A stretch of 64,000 bases of DNA from Candidatus Eiseniibacteriota bacterium (GCA_041946735.1 JBHGAY010000025.1:1-64000); one strand, 5' to 3'. Positions 10,372 to 20,579 are shown, counted from the first letter of the stretch. Translations and numbers: made by a program. The notes: generated from the sequence alone by a model not told the origin.

Positions 10372-11799
10372 ATGATCGAGATCGCGGAACTCGCGGGGCG
10401 CGTCGAGCAGGAGCTTCCGGCCGGGGCGCGCGAAGTCGTTCGTCGCGTGACGGGCGCCGGTGGACGCATCTGCTTGGTCGGCGGCTCGATCCGCGATCTG
10501 CTCCTCGGCGGCGAGGCGCACGATTGGGATTTCGCGACCGACCTTCCCCCAGAGCAGGTACGCCGGCTGTTCGCTCGGGCGATCGACGCGGGGGTGCGCT
10601 TCGGGACCGTGCTCGTGCTCGAGCCCGACGGTCCCTTCGAGATCACGACCTTCCGCAAGGAAGGGATCTACTCGGACGCGCGCCATCCCGACACGGTCGT
10701 CTTCACGACCTCCGTCGAGGAGGATCTCGCGCGGCGCGACTTCACGATCAACGCGATGGCGTTCGACCTCGCCGCCCGCGAGCTGGTCGATCCGTTCGGG
10801 GGGCGCGACGATCTGGCCCGCCGCATCGTTCGCACGGTCGGGCGCCCGGACGACCGCTTCGGCGAGGACGCGTTGCGGATGCTGCGCTGCATTCGGATCG
10901 CGGGGCAGCTCGGCTTCTCGATCGACGATCCGACCTACTTCGCCATCGCGCGATCCGCGCCGCTGCTCGACGCGATTGCGCGCGAGCGGATCCGCGAGGA
11001 GTTCGACCGCATTCTCGGGCAGCCAAGGCCATCGGTCTCGATCGAGCGCCTCTACGAGACCGGGCTGCTCCAGCGGTTCCTGCCGGAGCTGGCCGCCTGC
11101 TACGGCGTCCCGCAAAACCGTTACCACGCTTTCGACATCTTCTACCATTCGCTCGCGGCGGCGGATCGCGCACCGGCCGACAACAAGATCGTGCGGCTCG
11201 CGGCGCTCCTGCACGATCTCGGCAAGGTCGATACGCGGCGCGACGAAGGGGATGGCCGCGTCACCTTCTTCAACCACCAGGCGCACAGCGCGCGCAAGGC
11301 CGATGCGGCCCTGCTCCGGCTTCGCTATCCGACCGAGGAGAGGCGCCGGGTCGTCCACCTGATCCAGCAGCACATGTTCCACTACGACCACGAGTGGAGC
11401 GACAGCGCCGTCCGCCGTTTCGTGCGGACGGTCGGCCTCGAGCACCTCGACGATCTCTTCGCCACGCGCGCCGCGGACACGCTCGGCAACGGGATGCGGC
11501 GCAGCGCTTCCAGTCCCGAGCTGCGGGAGCTGCGGGGACGGATCGGCGAGATTCTCGATCGCGAGGCGGCGCTCTCCGTCCGCGACCTGAAGATCGGCGG
11601 CGTCGAGCTGATGGAGCGGCTCGGCGTGCGGCCCGGGCCTCTGATCGGACGGATCCTCGCGGCGCTGCTCGAGGAGGTCCTCGAGGATCCCGCGAAGAAC
11701 GAGCCGGAGACGCTGCTGCGCCGCGCGGAGGAGCTGCGGCCGGCGATCGAGGCGGAGCTGCCGGCGCGCGACGAACGCCATCGCGACCGCGAAAGCTGA
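10372..11799 (+). CDS. CCA tRNA nucleotidyltransferase/poly(A) polymerase family with HD domain
   Basis: 'LVGGSIRDLLLG..DWDFAT', 'DLARRDFTINAMA', 'RFGEDALRMLR', HD 'LLHDLGK'. Confidence 0.95.
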   Translation: MIEIAELAGRVEQELPAGAREVVRRVTGAGGRICLVGGSIRDLLLGGEAHDWDFATDLPPEQVRRLFARAIDAGVRFGTVLVLEPDGPFEITTFRKEGIYSDARHPDTVVFTTSVEEDLARRDFTINAMAFDLAARELVDPFGGRDDLARRIVRTVGRPDDRFGEDALRMLRCIRIAGQLGFSIDDPTYFAIARSAPLLDAIARERIREEFDRILGQPRPSVSIERLYETGLLQRFLPELAACYGVPQNRYHAFDIFYHSLAAADRAPADNKIVRLAALLHDLGKVDTRRDEGDGRVTFFNHQAHSARKADAALLRLRYPTEERRRVVHLIQQHMFHYDHEWSDSAVRRFVRTVGLEHLDDLFATRAADTLGNGMRRSASSPELRELRGRIGEILDREAALSVRDLKIGGVELMERLGVRPGPLIGRILAALLEEVLEDPAKNEPETLLRRAEELRPAIEAELPARDERHRDRES

Positions 11800-11824
11800 T
11801 TCGCGGCGATCGATCCGGATTCGA

Positions 11825-12595
11825 TCAGACCAGGAAGAACAGGTCCGGCGCGAAGGCGAGCGCCTCGTCGCTCAGGAACGCCTCGCCGTACTTCCTGCCG
11901 ATCCGGATGCCGTAGTAGGCGCGGACCGTGTCGAGCAGGGGCAGGATCGAGTTTTCCGCCTTCCAGATCTTCATCTGCGATTCGTACGCCTGAATCGCCC
12001 GGTGCACGTCGTCCATCACCTCGCTGACGTCGACGACCATCGTCGGCATCATGTCCTTCGGCACCATGTAATAGAAGAGCCGCCGCACGTCGTGGGCCGG
12101 AATCTCCGGCATCACGTTGCGGAAGCGCGCGAGCTTCAGGCCGTCGCGGACGAGCTGCCCCGTCGCGAAGTGATCGGAGTTCGCGGTTCCATCGTGATGA
12201 TCGAAGCGATTGGTGTGGTACGGCGCGAAGACGATCGAAGGCCGGTGCTCGCGCACGACGCGGGCGATCGTGAGCCTGCCCTGCGGACTGTTGAAGACCT
12301 CGGTGTCGGGAAAGTCGAGGATCCGTCCGGAAGAACCGATCACTTCGTTCGCCGCGGCGAACTCGCGCGCGCGGGTCTCGCGATCTCCGTAGGTGCCCTT
12401 CTCGCCGCCGGTCAGCGCCACCGACAGAATCCGGCGTCCCGAGCGGATCAGGCGGATCATCGTCCCCGCGACCGTCATCTCGGCGTCGTCCGGATGCGGG
12501 CTGAAGACGAGAACGTCGAACGTCCCCTGCGAGGACGGATCTTGCGGACGACTCACGAACACCTCCCGGCCGGTCCCGGCCACGTGACGGGACAT
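11825..12595 (-). CDS. PIG-L/LmbE family deacetylase, BshB1-like
   Basis: 'SPHPDDAE', 'LTGGEKGT', 'DH..TGQLV', 'YGEAF'. Confidence 0.88.
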   Translation of the reverse strand: MSRHVAGTGREVFVSRPQDPSSQGTFDVLVFSPHPDDAEMTVAGTMIRLIRSGRRILSVALTGGEKGTYGDRETRAREFAAANEVIGSSGRILDFPDTEVFNSPQGRLTIARVVREHRPSIVFAPYHTNRFDHHDGTANSDHFATGQLVRDGLKLARFRNVMPEIPAHDVRRLFYYMVPKDMMPTMVVDVSEVMDDVHRAIQAYESQMKIWKAENSILPLLDTVRAYYGIRIGRKYGEAFLSDEALAFAPDLFFLV

Positions 12596-12670
12596 GGTAA
12601 CCGTTGCCGGCGCCGATCGGCCAGCGGGAGGATCGGGCGGGTGGCGGCCCTCGGGGTCCCCGATCAGAGC

Positions 12671-13387
12671 TCAGAACTGCACGTTGGGCTGGATCGCGAG
12701 CTTCTGGCGAAGCGCCCGCTCGATCAGGACGATGCAGTTCTCGATCCCGATACCGGCGGTGTTCAGGCAGAGGTCGTAGGAGAGAGGATCGTCCGGCGAG
12801 CGGGAGAAGTAGGTGTGGAAGAAGTGCCTCCTCTCCTCGTCGACCTTCTGCACGAGCCGCTCCGCCTCCTCGAACGAAACCTGCCGCAGACGGCTGATCG
12901 TCTCGACTCTCTGCGCGAACGGGGCGACGATCCGTACGTGCAGGCTGCGAGCGGGATCGAGCAGGAAATTCGCGCCCCGGCCGAGGATCACGGCATGTCC
13001 GTGCATCGCGATCGTTCCCAGCACGCGGGCGAGGGTGTGCAGGTAGTCCCCTTTCGAGAGGAACTTCCCGTGGAGGAGCCCCTCGATCCAGAGACGCACC
13101 GAGGAGAGATCATGCTCGTCGAGGGAGGCGGCGATCGCTTCCTGGAACTTCGACTGCTCGACGATGGCGTTCACGATTTCGCGGTCGAAGATCTGGTACC
13201 CGAGCGAAGCCGCGAGGCGGTGGGCGACCTCGCCTCCGCCCGAGCCGAACGCGCGGGAAATGGTGATGACGGGACGAAGCGGCGTCGGGCGCTCCGTCCG
13301 GCTCTCCGCGGCGGCCCTCCGGCGCAGGTCCGCCTCCAGCTCCCATCGCCGGATTTGGCGGTCTATGATCTGTTCGATTCCGGTCAT
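12671..13387 (-). CDS. Cytidylate kinase-like family protein
   Basis: 'VITISRAFGSGGGEVA', 'VILGRGANF', 'DDPLSYDLCLNT'. Confidence 0.9.
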   Translation of the reverse strand: MTGIEQIIDRQIRRWELEADLRRRAAAESRTERPTPLRPVITISRAFGSGGGEVAHRLAASLGYQIFDREIVNAIVEQSKFQEAIAASLDEHDLSSVRLWIEGLLHGKFLSKGDYLHTLARVLGTIAMHGHAVILGRGANFLLDPARSLHVRIVAPFAQRVETISRLRQVSFEEAERLVQKVDEERRHFFHTYFSRSPDDPLSYDLCLNTAGIGIENCIVLIERALRQKLAIQPNVQF

Positions 13388-13588
13388 GGCCCTACCCCTC
13401 AGATTGCACGAGTCCGATGCGTCGCGGCAACGAGAGTACCACCGGGACGGCAACGCCGTACAGCGGAGCGAACGCAGGAGCGAACGAAGGACGGAACGAA
13501 AGAGGGAACGAAGCGTGCGGCAGGTAGGGGCGGAGGACAGAAGAAGGTGGAGAAGGAGGAGAAGGCGGCGAAGGAGGCGCGGAGCAGG

Positions 13589-14779
13589 ATGCGGAGCCTG
13601 ATCGTCCATGGCGGAGCCTGGCAGATTCCGGACGAGGAGATCGGCGCGCATCGGGAGGGACTGCGCCGGGCGCTCGCTCGCGGCGTCGCGCTCCTCCGCG
13701 CGGGCCGTCCCGCGCTCGACGTCGTCGTGGAGACCGTCGCCGTGCTCGAGGACGATCCGACCTTCGACGCCGGGCGAGGCTCCGTCCTGAACCTGGACGG
13801 GCGGATCGAGATGGACGCAGCCGTGATGGAAGGGCGCGGCCGCCGCGCCGGCGCCTGCGCGTGCGTGACCGACGTGGCCCATCCGATCCGGCTCGCCCGC
13901 GCGATCCTCGAAGATGGCCGGGCCGTCCTGCTCGCCGGCGAAGGCGCTTCGCGCTTCGCGCGCGCCTGCGGCATCCCGCCCTGCTCGTTCGAGGACCTGC
14001 TCGTGCCCCGGGAGGTGCGCCGCAAGGAGGAGATCGACCGGCTCCGCGCCTACGAGACGCGCATGGCGTTCGACGGCAGCCTGCGGGCGCCGGGCGAGAA
14101 AGGCGAGAGGGGCGAGAAGGGCCAGAAGGGCGGGAAGGGCGAGAGGGCCGGGAAGGGCGAGAGAGGCGCAAGAGGCGAGGGGCATCCGAGAGGGACGGTG
14201 GGAGCCGTCTGCTTCGACGCGGCCGGAGAGATCGCCGCCGCGACGTCCACGGGGGGCGCACCGGACACGTGGCCCGGGCGGGTCGGTGACAGTCCGATCC
14301 TGGGCGCCGGCACGTGGGCGGAGGAAGGCGCGGGAGGCGCGAGCGCGACCGGCTGGGGCGAGGCGATCCTGCGGGACCTCCTCGCCTATCGCACGGTCCA
14401 GGCGATCGACAGCGTCACGATCCTCTGGCGCGAGGGGGCCGGGCACGCAGGCGGATCGAGCGAGCCGGCTCGTCGCGCCCCCGCCGAGTCGCCTCGTGCG
14501 GCTGCCGCGGCCGCCGCTGCTCCCGCCGCTGCCACCCCCCTCGACCCCAACGCGCCGATCACCTGGGGGCCGGTCGTCTCCGGCACGCCCGGCTCGCCGG
14601 CCGCGCGCGCGGCGCTCTCGGCGATCGAGAGCTTCGCTCGTGGAGTCCGCGGGGTCGGCGGCGTCATCCTGCTCGGCCCCGACGGGACCCCGGGGTTCGC
14701 GTTCAACACCCCGCGTATGGCGCGCGGGTACTGGGTGGAGGGGATGGGAGAGCCTTGGATCGACACGGAGCCGGCCTGA
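13589..14779 (+). CDS. Isoaspartyl peptidase/L-asparaginase (Ntn hydrolase)
   Basis: 'IVHGGA', 'LEDDPTFDAGRGS', nucleophile 'GTVGAV', 'ATSTGG', 'GRVGDSP', 'SATGWGE'. Confidence 0.93.
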   Translation: MRSLIVHGGAWQIPDEEIGAHREGLRRALARGVALLRAGRPALDVVVETVAVLEDDPTFDAGRGSVLNLDGRIEMDAAVMEGRGRRAGACACVTDVAHPIRLARAILEDGRAVLLAGEGASRFARACGIPPCSFEDLLVPREVRRKEEIDRLRAYETRMAFDGSLRAPGEKGERGEKGQKGGKGERAGKGERGARGEGHPRGTVGAVCFDAAGEIAAATSTGGAPDTWPGRVGDSPILGAGTWAEEGAGGASATGWGEAILRDLLAYRTVQAIDSVTILWREGAGHAGGSSEPARRAPAESPRAAAAAAAAPAAATPLDPNAPITWGPVVSGTPGSPAARAALSAIESFARGVRGVGGVILLGPDGTPGFAFNTPRMARGYWVEGMGEPWIDTEPA

Positions 14780-14801
14780 GTAGGAGAGGAGGGATCACGA
14801 G

Positions 14802-15101
14802 ATGCCGACGTTCGTGCTCATGACGAAGCTCGCCCCGGAAGTCTCCCGCGAGGTACGCCACCGGGAGGAGCTGGGGCAGCAATGGAAGGCCGCCGTCGAG
14901 GAGAAGTGCCCCGACGTGCGCTGGATCTCCCACTTCGCGCTCCTCGGTCCCTACGACTTCATGGACATCTTCGAAGCGAAGAGCGAGGAGAGCGCGGCGA
15001 AGGTCTCGATGATCTCCCGGGCGCGCGGTGCGGTCACGGCGGAATCGTGGACCGCGATCCCGTACGCCCGGTTCCTCGACATCAACGAGGAGATCGCCTG
15101 A
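14802..15101 (+). CDS. GYD domain protein
   Basis: 99 aa with 'LLGPYDFMDIFEA'; good RBS. Confidence 0.85.
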   Translation: MPTFVLMTKLAPEVSREVRHREELGQQWKAAVEEKCPDVRWISHFALLGPYDFMDIFEAKSEESAAKVSMISRARGAVTAESWTAIPYARFLDINEEIA

Positions 15102-15222
15102 GAGGAAGGCGGATCGCGCAGGCCGCGATCGCCCGAGAGGCGGACCTCCGCCGGCGAATCCGGATCGCCCGAGCGGGCTCGTTCGAGCCGGATCACTCTC
15201 GGGCCCGCTCACTCGAGCCTGC

Positions 15223-16263
15223 TCACTCGAGCCGGATCAGCTTGCGCTGCACCGTCCCCTCGCTCGTCGTGAGCCGGGCGAAGAGGATTCCGGGACCGCC
15301 GGCCTCCGCGCCGCGCGCAGCATCGAAGCGCACCGTGTGTTCGCCGGGAGCGCGCGAGCCGTCGACGAACGTGGCGATTCTCCGTCCCTGGACGTCGAAC
15401 AGCTCCAGCCGGATCGGATCGCGCGACGCGGCCGGCGAGACGGCGAAGACGATCTCCGTCGAGACGCGGAAGGGGTTGGGTTGCGCGCCGAGAATCGCCG
15501 AGGCGAACGCCGTCACCGGCTCGCCGACGCCCATCGCCGGAGGCAGCTCCTGGAGGCGGGCGCCCTGCACGATCTCTAGATCCCCCTCGTGCTCCTGCAA
15601 GAAGGCGATCACCTTCAGATGGTCGCTGTGCCAGGACGGCTCCATCGTGACGTAGAAGTCGAAGACCACGTCGTCCCCCGGACCGGAGAAGGCGACGGGC
15701 CGCTCGACGATCTCGCGCGTGACGCGGTCGAGGAGGAATCCTTCCGACCAGACGCTGTCCTCGAGAACGAAGAAGTAAGCGCGGGGATCATCGAACACCG
15801 CGGGATCGAGGAGGCGCAAGGTGGAATGCACGCGCACGCTCGCGTCTCCGATCTGATAGATCCCCTGGATCATGACGGGGCTCATCCCGCCCGTCTCGGC
15901 GATCCGCAGGTCGATCTTCTCCCCGAGCAGGGCCGCTGTGCCTTCACAGCCATCGATCCCTTGGTAGTAGCGGCTGCCGTCGATCCGCACGTAGGGCCAC
16001 AGGTAGATGCCGTACCAGGCAGCGCGATGCTGCGCCTCCGGGATCGCGAGCGCATCGCACCAGTGCTCGTCGAACCAGAGAATGCGATCGCTTCCGTACG
16101 TCGCCTCGACCATCTGCAACCCGCACCGGGTGTCCCAGCAGGGAGGTCACCCGAAGTAGTCGGCGAAGTGCTCGAGAACGAGAAGCTTCGGAACGCCCGC
16201 GGAGCAGAGCGAGATCGACAGCGCAGTCAGGACGGCCATGGAGACGATGACCTTGCGGAGCAT
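15223..16263 (-). CDS. Secreted Omp28/thioredoxin-like protein with FlgD-Ig-like tail; probable selenoprotein (Sec39)
   Basis: ATG 16263 after AAAGGGGAG; signal peptide; 'LVLEHFADYFG-TGA-PPC' continues in frame into ORF 15223..16119; 'YGIYLWPYVRIDG', 'VIAFLQ', 'QPNPF', 'LFDVQGRRI'. Confidence 0.8.
16108..16148 (-). promoter_or_regulatory. SECIS-like hairpin immediately 3' of the in-frame TGA
   Basis: mRNA GACC-UCC-CUGC-UGGGAC-ACCCG-GUG-CGGGU-U-GCAG-AU-GGUC gives nested stems with a G-initiated apical loop about 20 nt after UGA. Confidence 0.6.
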
Positions 16264-16413
16264 CGCTCCCCCTTTCTGTCGTGTCGGGGCGGGGCGGAAG
16301 ATGGAGTCCCCGCCGCTCGTCCACGGCGGGGAATATTCTCCTCTCTACCGTCCAGAAGGGCAATCCGGACGGGAGGGGCGGGAAGGGCGGAAAGGGCGGA
16401 AAGGCCGGGGCGA

Positions 16414-16932
16414 TCAGGCCGGAGGCGCGTGCGGAGGGGCGAGCGCGGCGCGGCCCTCTTCGGCGTCGATCGGATCCTCGACATGGACGATCCCGCCTTC
16501 GAGGATCTCGGCGCGCAGACCGCCCCGATGGATGAGGCCTCGCAAGACCTCTTTGCCGGTCATGCCGGCGAGATGGGCGCACGGCTCGCAGAGGCGGATC
16601 CCGCGGGCCCGGACCGCTCCGATCCGGAACTCGCGCCCCACCAGGTCATTGAGCGCGATGCCGCGCGTCACGAGATTCCGGCGGCTTTCGCCGGCGCCGA
16701 GCGCGAAGCCGTAGTCGCGTGCAAGCGCCTCGATCGCCTCGGCCTCGATCAGCGTCAACTCGTCCTCGGGACGGTGCGCTCCCGTGCCTGTCCGCACGCG
16801 GGCGAAATGCCGGTCCCCCTCGATCCCCGCCCCCGCCACGAGGCGCGCTTCGACGACCGGGTGAGGCGGCCCGCCCTGCTCGGCGATGATGTAGATCCCC
16901 TCGACCTGTCCTCTTCCCTTTCCTTGCTGCAT
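16414..16932 (-). CDS. MOSC domain protein
   Basis: 'GIEGDR', 'RRNLVTRGIALNDL', 'LCEPCAHL', 'RGGLRAEILEGG'. Confidence 0.92.
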   Translation of the reverse strand: MQQGKGRGQVEGIYIIAEQGGPPHPVVEARLVAGAGIEGDRHFARVRTGTGAHRPEDELTLIEAEAIEALARDYGFALGAGESRRNLVTRGIALNDLVGREFRIGAVRARGIRLCEPCAHLAGMTGKEVLRGLIHRGGLRAEILEGGIVHVEDPIDAEEGRAALAPPHAPPA

Positions 16933-16993
16933 CGGCGCTCCTGAATCCCGGCCGGGTGTAGTCTGCCTCGTTCTCTGGCCCTTGTCCCGAATG

Positions 16994-19558
16994 TCAACGG
17001 CGTCGCTGCTGCTGCTCCAGGCGGCGGCGGAGCTGCGCCGCGAGATCGACCGGCAGCGGCGTCACGATTCGCGGCGGCAGCTTCTCGGGAGGACGCGACT
17101 CGGCCGCCACCGCATGCTTGCGCGTCATCTTCGCCTGCTCCGCCTCGACCCGTGCCCGCCGCGCCTCGTCGACCGGCGCCCGGGGGACGTAGTCGGGCTT
17201 GCCGAGGAGCGCGTGGAGCAGGACGAGCGCCGCCTCCTTGTCGGGGATCCGCCCCTTCCCCATCACGTCGGGATCCTGCTGAGACTGCGGCGGCAGCGGC
17301 GCGCCGACGCACGACGGACAGCCGTCCTCGCACGGGCAGGAGTGGATCAGCTCGGCAGCCGCTTCGAGGATCTCCTCGATCATCCCGTACGCCTTCTGCG
17401 CGAATCCCAGTCCGCCCGGGTACTTGTCGTACAGGAAGACGGCGGGCACTCCGACGTTCTTCGAGTCGACCGCCGTCCCGAGATCGAGGGGATCGCACAT
17501 GGCGAAGAGCGACACGACGTCCGGAAGGACGTTCGCGATCCCCCAGAGTCCCTCGGCCGGAATCCTGCCGTACCGCGTGACCTTCGTCAACGCCTCGAGC
17601 GAAGGGGCGATCCAGGTGCCAACCGTCTCGAGCGACTGGGTCGGAAGATCGACGTTGCCGTAGCCGATCGAGTCACGACTGCCGAACTTGATCTTCTTGA
17701 ACATCGTCACCTTCGTGTGCGCGTTCAGATCTCCGAAGGCGACCGGGCTTTCGTTCACCCGCTTCTCCATCTCGGTGCGAACGATCTCGATGTGGCTGTC
17801 GCTGACCGCCTGCGTGTAGTAGTCCGCGTCGGCGCGGTGCACGTAGGCGACCTTTTCCGACGTGTCGAGCCGGTCGACGAAGTAGGTTTCGGCATCGTGC
17901 ATGTAGATCGCCTGCGGATGGACCTGCGGGAACGCCGAGGGCTCGTCGATCGTGCCGATCACCCGGTTGCCGTCCGGACGGCCGGTCTCGGTGATCGTGT
18001 AGACATTCTCGGCGGCGTTGCGCAGCGAGACCTGCGCGGCCGGATATCCTTCCTTGGCGTAGTACCAGCGCCCGCGCACCTCCGAGACCTCGCCATGCTC
18101 TTGCAGGAGATCGAGGATGGCTGGAGCGAACTCCCCCCAATCGCGCTCCTCCTCGCGGCGCAACGGAAGCTCGAAGACCGCGCAGCGCAGATGAGAGAGC
18201 AGGATGTGCGCGTTCTGGGGATCGACGACCGCGTTCTCGGGGGAGCGTCCGAAGAAATACTCGGGATGGCGCATCAGGTACTGATCGATCGGCAGGTTGT
18301 GTCCGACGAGGACGGCCACTGACTCCTCCTCGCGGCGTCCCGCCCGCCCGGCCTGCTGCCAGGTCGAAGCAATCGTTCCGGGAAACCCGACGAGGATCGC
18401 GGCGTCGAGCGAGCCGACATCGATTCCCAGCTCGAGCGCGTTCGTCGAGATCACCCCGAGCAGCTCCCCTTCGAACAGCGCCTTCTCGATCGCCCGGCGC
18501 TCCTCCGGAAGGTATCCGCCGCGGTACGCCCGCACCTTCTTCGCCACGCCCCCGCCCTCGCGCCGCAGCTCCTCCTGGCAATAGCGGAGCAGCACTTCCG
18601 TCAGCAGGCGAGAGCGGACGAAGGTGATCGTCTGGTAGCCCGCGCGCAAGAGCGAGACGAAGAGGTCGCGCGCCTCGAGGTTCGAGGAGCGCCGCTCGAG
18701 CCCCGCCGGATCGATCCGCGGAGGATTCCAGAACAGGAAGTGCTTGCGTCCGCGAGGAGAGCCGTCCTGATCGAGGACGACGAACTCCCGCCCCGAAAGC
18801 CGCTGCGCAAGCTCGCCTGGGTTCGCGATCGTCGCCGAGGAGAGGATGAGCTGCGGGCGGCTGCCATAGTGCTCCGCAATGCGCAGGAGGCGGCGCAGCA
18901 CGTTCGCGGTGTGCGAGCCGAAGATGCCGCGGTAGACGTGCACCTCGTCGGCGACGACGTAGGAAAGGCGGCTGAAGAAGTCGGCCCAGCGCGCGTGGTT
19001 CGGCAGGATGCCGCTGTGCAGCATGTCGGGATTGGTGAGCAGGATCTGGGCGCGTTCGCGAAGCTGCGTCCGCAAGTTGCTCGGAGTGTCGCCGTCGTAC
19101 GTGCCGGCGAGGAAGGAGAACGGGCCTTCCGGCTCCCCGCCGATCTCCTCGCCCCGTGACTGGGCGTTCTGGAAACGGCGAAGCGTGCGCAGCTGGTCCT
19201 GCGCGAGCGCCTTCGTGGGGAAGAGGTAGAGCGCGCGCGTCTCCGGATGCGTCGCTATCGTCTCGAGGACCGGCACGTTGTAGCAGAGCGTCTTGCCGCT
19301 CGCCGTCCCGGTGACGAGGATCACGTCCTTCCCTTCGCGGATCCGGTCGAGCGCGGCCGCCTGGTGCGTATACAGATCCTCGATTCCGGCGCGCGCGAGC
19401 GCTTCTCGCATCGCAGGGAGCAGCGGGCGCGCCGGAGAGGCGGTGCGAGCGGGGCGCGGCGGAACGTCGTGGACGTGGACCGCCTGCCCGCTGCGCGCGG
19501 CGAGCAGCAGAACGCGGCCGAGAAGATCCTCTCCGGCCGGGAGATGTCGTCGCCTCAC
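16994..19558 (-). CDS. DEAD/DEAH-box helicase with DUF1998/Zn-binding C-terminus (MrfA/YprA family)
   Basis: 'TGTASGKT', 'PTKALAQDQ', 'DEVH', 'SATIAN', 'QQAGRAGRR', 'CPCEDGCPSCV'; GTGA overlap with the upstream stop. Confidence 0.93.
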   Translation of the reverse strand: MRRRHLPAGEDLLGRVLLLAARSGQAVHVHDVPPRPARTASPARPLLPAMREALARAGIEDLYTHQAAALDRIREGKDVILVTGTASGKTLCYNVPVLETIATHPETRALYLFPTKALAQDQLRTLRRFQNAQSRGEEIGGEPEGPFSFLAGTYDGDTPSNLRTQLRERAQILLTNPDMLHSGILPNHARWADFFSRLSYVVADEVHVYRGIFGSHTANVLRRLLRIAEHYGSRPQLILSSATIANPGELAQRLSGREFVVLDQDGSPRGRKHFLFWNPPRIDPAGLERRSSNLEARDLFVSLLRAGYQTITFVRSRLLTEVLLRYCQEELRREGGGVAKKVRAYRGGYLPEERRAIEKALFEGELLGVISTNALELGIDVGSLDAAILVGFPGTIASTWQQAGRAGRREEESVAVLVGHNLPIDQYLMRHPEYFFGRSPENAVVDPQNAHILLSHLRCAVFELPLRREEERDWGEFAPAILDLLQEHGEVSEVRGRWYYAKEGYPAAQVSLRNAAENVYTITETGRPDGNRVIGTIDEPSAFPQVHPQAIYMHDAETYFVDRLDTSEKVAYVHRADADYYTQAVSDSHIEIVRTEMEKRVNESPVAFGDLNAHTKVTMFKKIKFGSRDSIGYGNVDLPTQSLETVGTWIAPSLEALTKVTRYGRIPAEGLWGIANVLPDVVSLFAMCDPLDLGTAVDSKNVGVPAVFLYDKYPGGLGFAQKAYGMIEEILEAAAELIHSCPCEDGCPSCVGAPLPPQSQQDPDVMGKGRIPDKEAALVLLHALLGKPDYVPRAPVDEARRARVEAEQAKMTRKHAVAAESRPPEKLPPRIVTPLPVDLAAQLRRRLEQQQRRR

Positions 19559-20259
19559 GGCTGCTCCTCCTCCTCGGGAAGGGCGAGAGCGAGATACAGC
19601 TCCGCCAGGGTGATCAGGTCGTCGCGGTTGTGACGCAGGATCGGCTCGAGCCAGTACGGATCTCCATCGCGCACCCAGCGGTGATATGCGTCCGGGACCT
19701 CGCGGCCGCCAAGATCGCCCGCCCGCCATCTTCCGCAGACGCGACGTTCGAGCGTCTGGAGACGGCAATCGGGGAAGACGCCGCGAAATTGCCTGCGCGC
19801 GACGTGAAGAAGATCGAGGTGCTCGCGCGGCGCGGGCTTCGGCATCCTGTAGAAGGCGTAGCGGAGCCTCAGGCACGGGACGTCGAAGCTCTTGCCGTTG
19901 AACGTCACCCAGGTGGGGGCCGGAGCGTAGTCGGTGGCGAAGAGACGCAGCGCTTCCTCCTCTCCTCCATAGTCCCGAGCGAGAAGCTGGACGAGATCCG
20001 CTTCGCGCCCTTCGCTCGGGATCAACATTCCGACCAGGAAGAGGGGACGGCCGACGAAGCCGAGTGTTTCGAGGTCGAGGAACAGGTGTCCTGGCGGAAG
20101 CGGCCCACCCGCGCCGGGTAGCCGGACATGATGCCGGAGGACGCCGAGCCCTTCGGTCGGCGTCTCCCAACGCGCCTTCGGAAATCGTTCCAGGAGCCAG
20201 CGCTCCATCTCGGTGATGCTCCCGCCGTTTGTTTCGCGCCAGCCCATCGAAGTCCCCAT
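19555..20259 (-). CDS. RNase H-like exonuclease (MrfB/YprB family)
   Basis: 'FLDLETLG', 'VTFNGKSFDVP', 'HLDLLH', 'HNRDDL'. Confidence 0.9.
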   Translation of the reverse strand: MGTSMGWRETNGGSITEMERWLLERFPKARWETPTEGLGVLRHHVRLPGAGGPLPPGHLFLDLETLGFVGRPLFLVGMLIPSEGREADLVQLLARDYGGEEEALRLFATDYAPAPTWVTFNGKSFDVPCLRLRYAFYRMPKPAPREHLDLLHVARRQFRGVFPDCRLQTLERRVCGRWRAGDLGGREVPDAYHRWVRDGDPYWLEPILRHNRDDLITLAELYLALALPEEEEQP

Positions 20260-20579
20260 GCCCGACGAACGGCCGGATTCTAGGAGAGGGCAGGACGTCG
20301 CGCAAGAGCGCGAAAAGCCGCTCGCCTCGCATACCGCTCGTGATGCCCTTCTTCATGACTCCAAGCTGCGAAAGCGCGTATCGCGACCGTCATGACTTGG
20401 GAATCACGCAACGGAATTCGCGATGCGAGAGCGGGCCGACGCGACGTGAAAACGAGGAAGGCGAGCAAGCGTCGCGTTGTCCTCCTTGAAGCGTTCCGCT
20501 AGCTTGCTGGCGTGCCACCGTTCCGCGGCTTCCTCCATGGGAGCCGCCTCATGACTGCGTGATCTGCATGGAGGCATGC

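Noticed and set aside
20490..20520. Sigma54 promoter (TGGCACG on the - strand) upstream of the mrfB-like gene
   Set aside because: The -12 element reads CAAG rather than TTGC at the required spacing.
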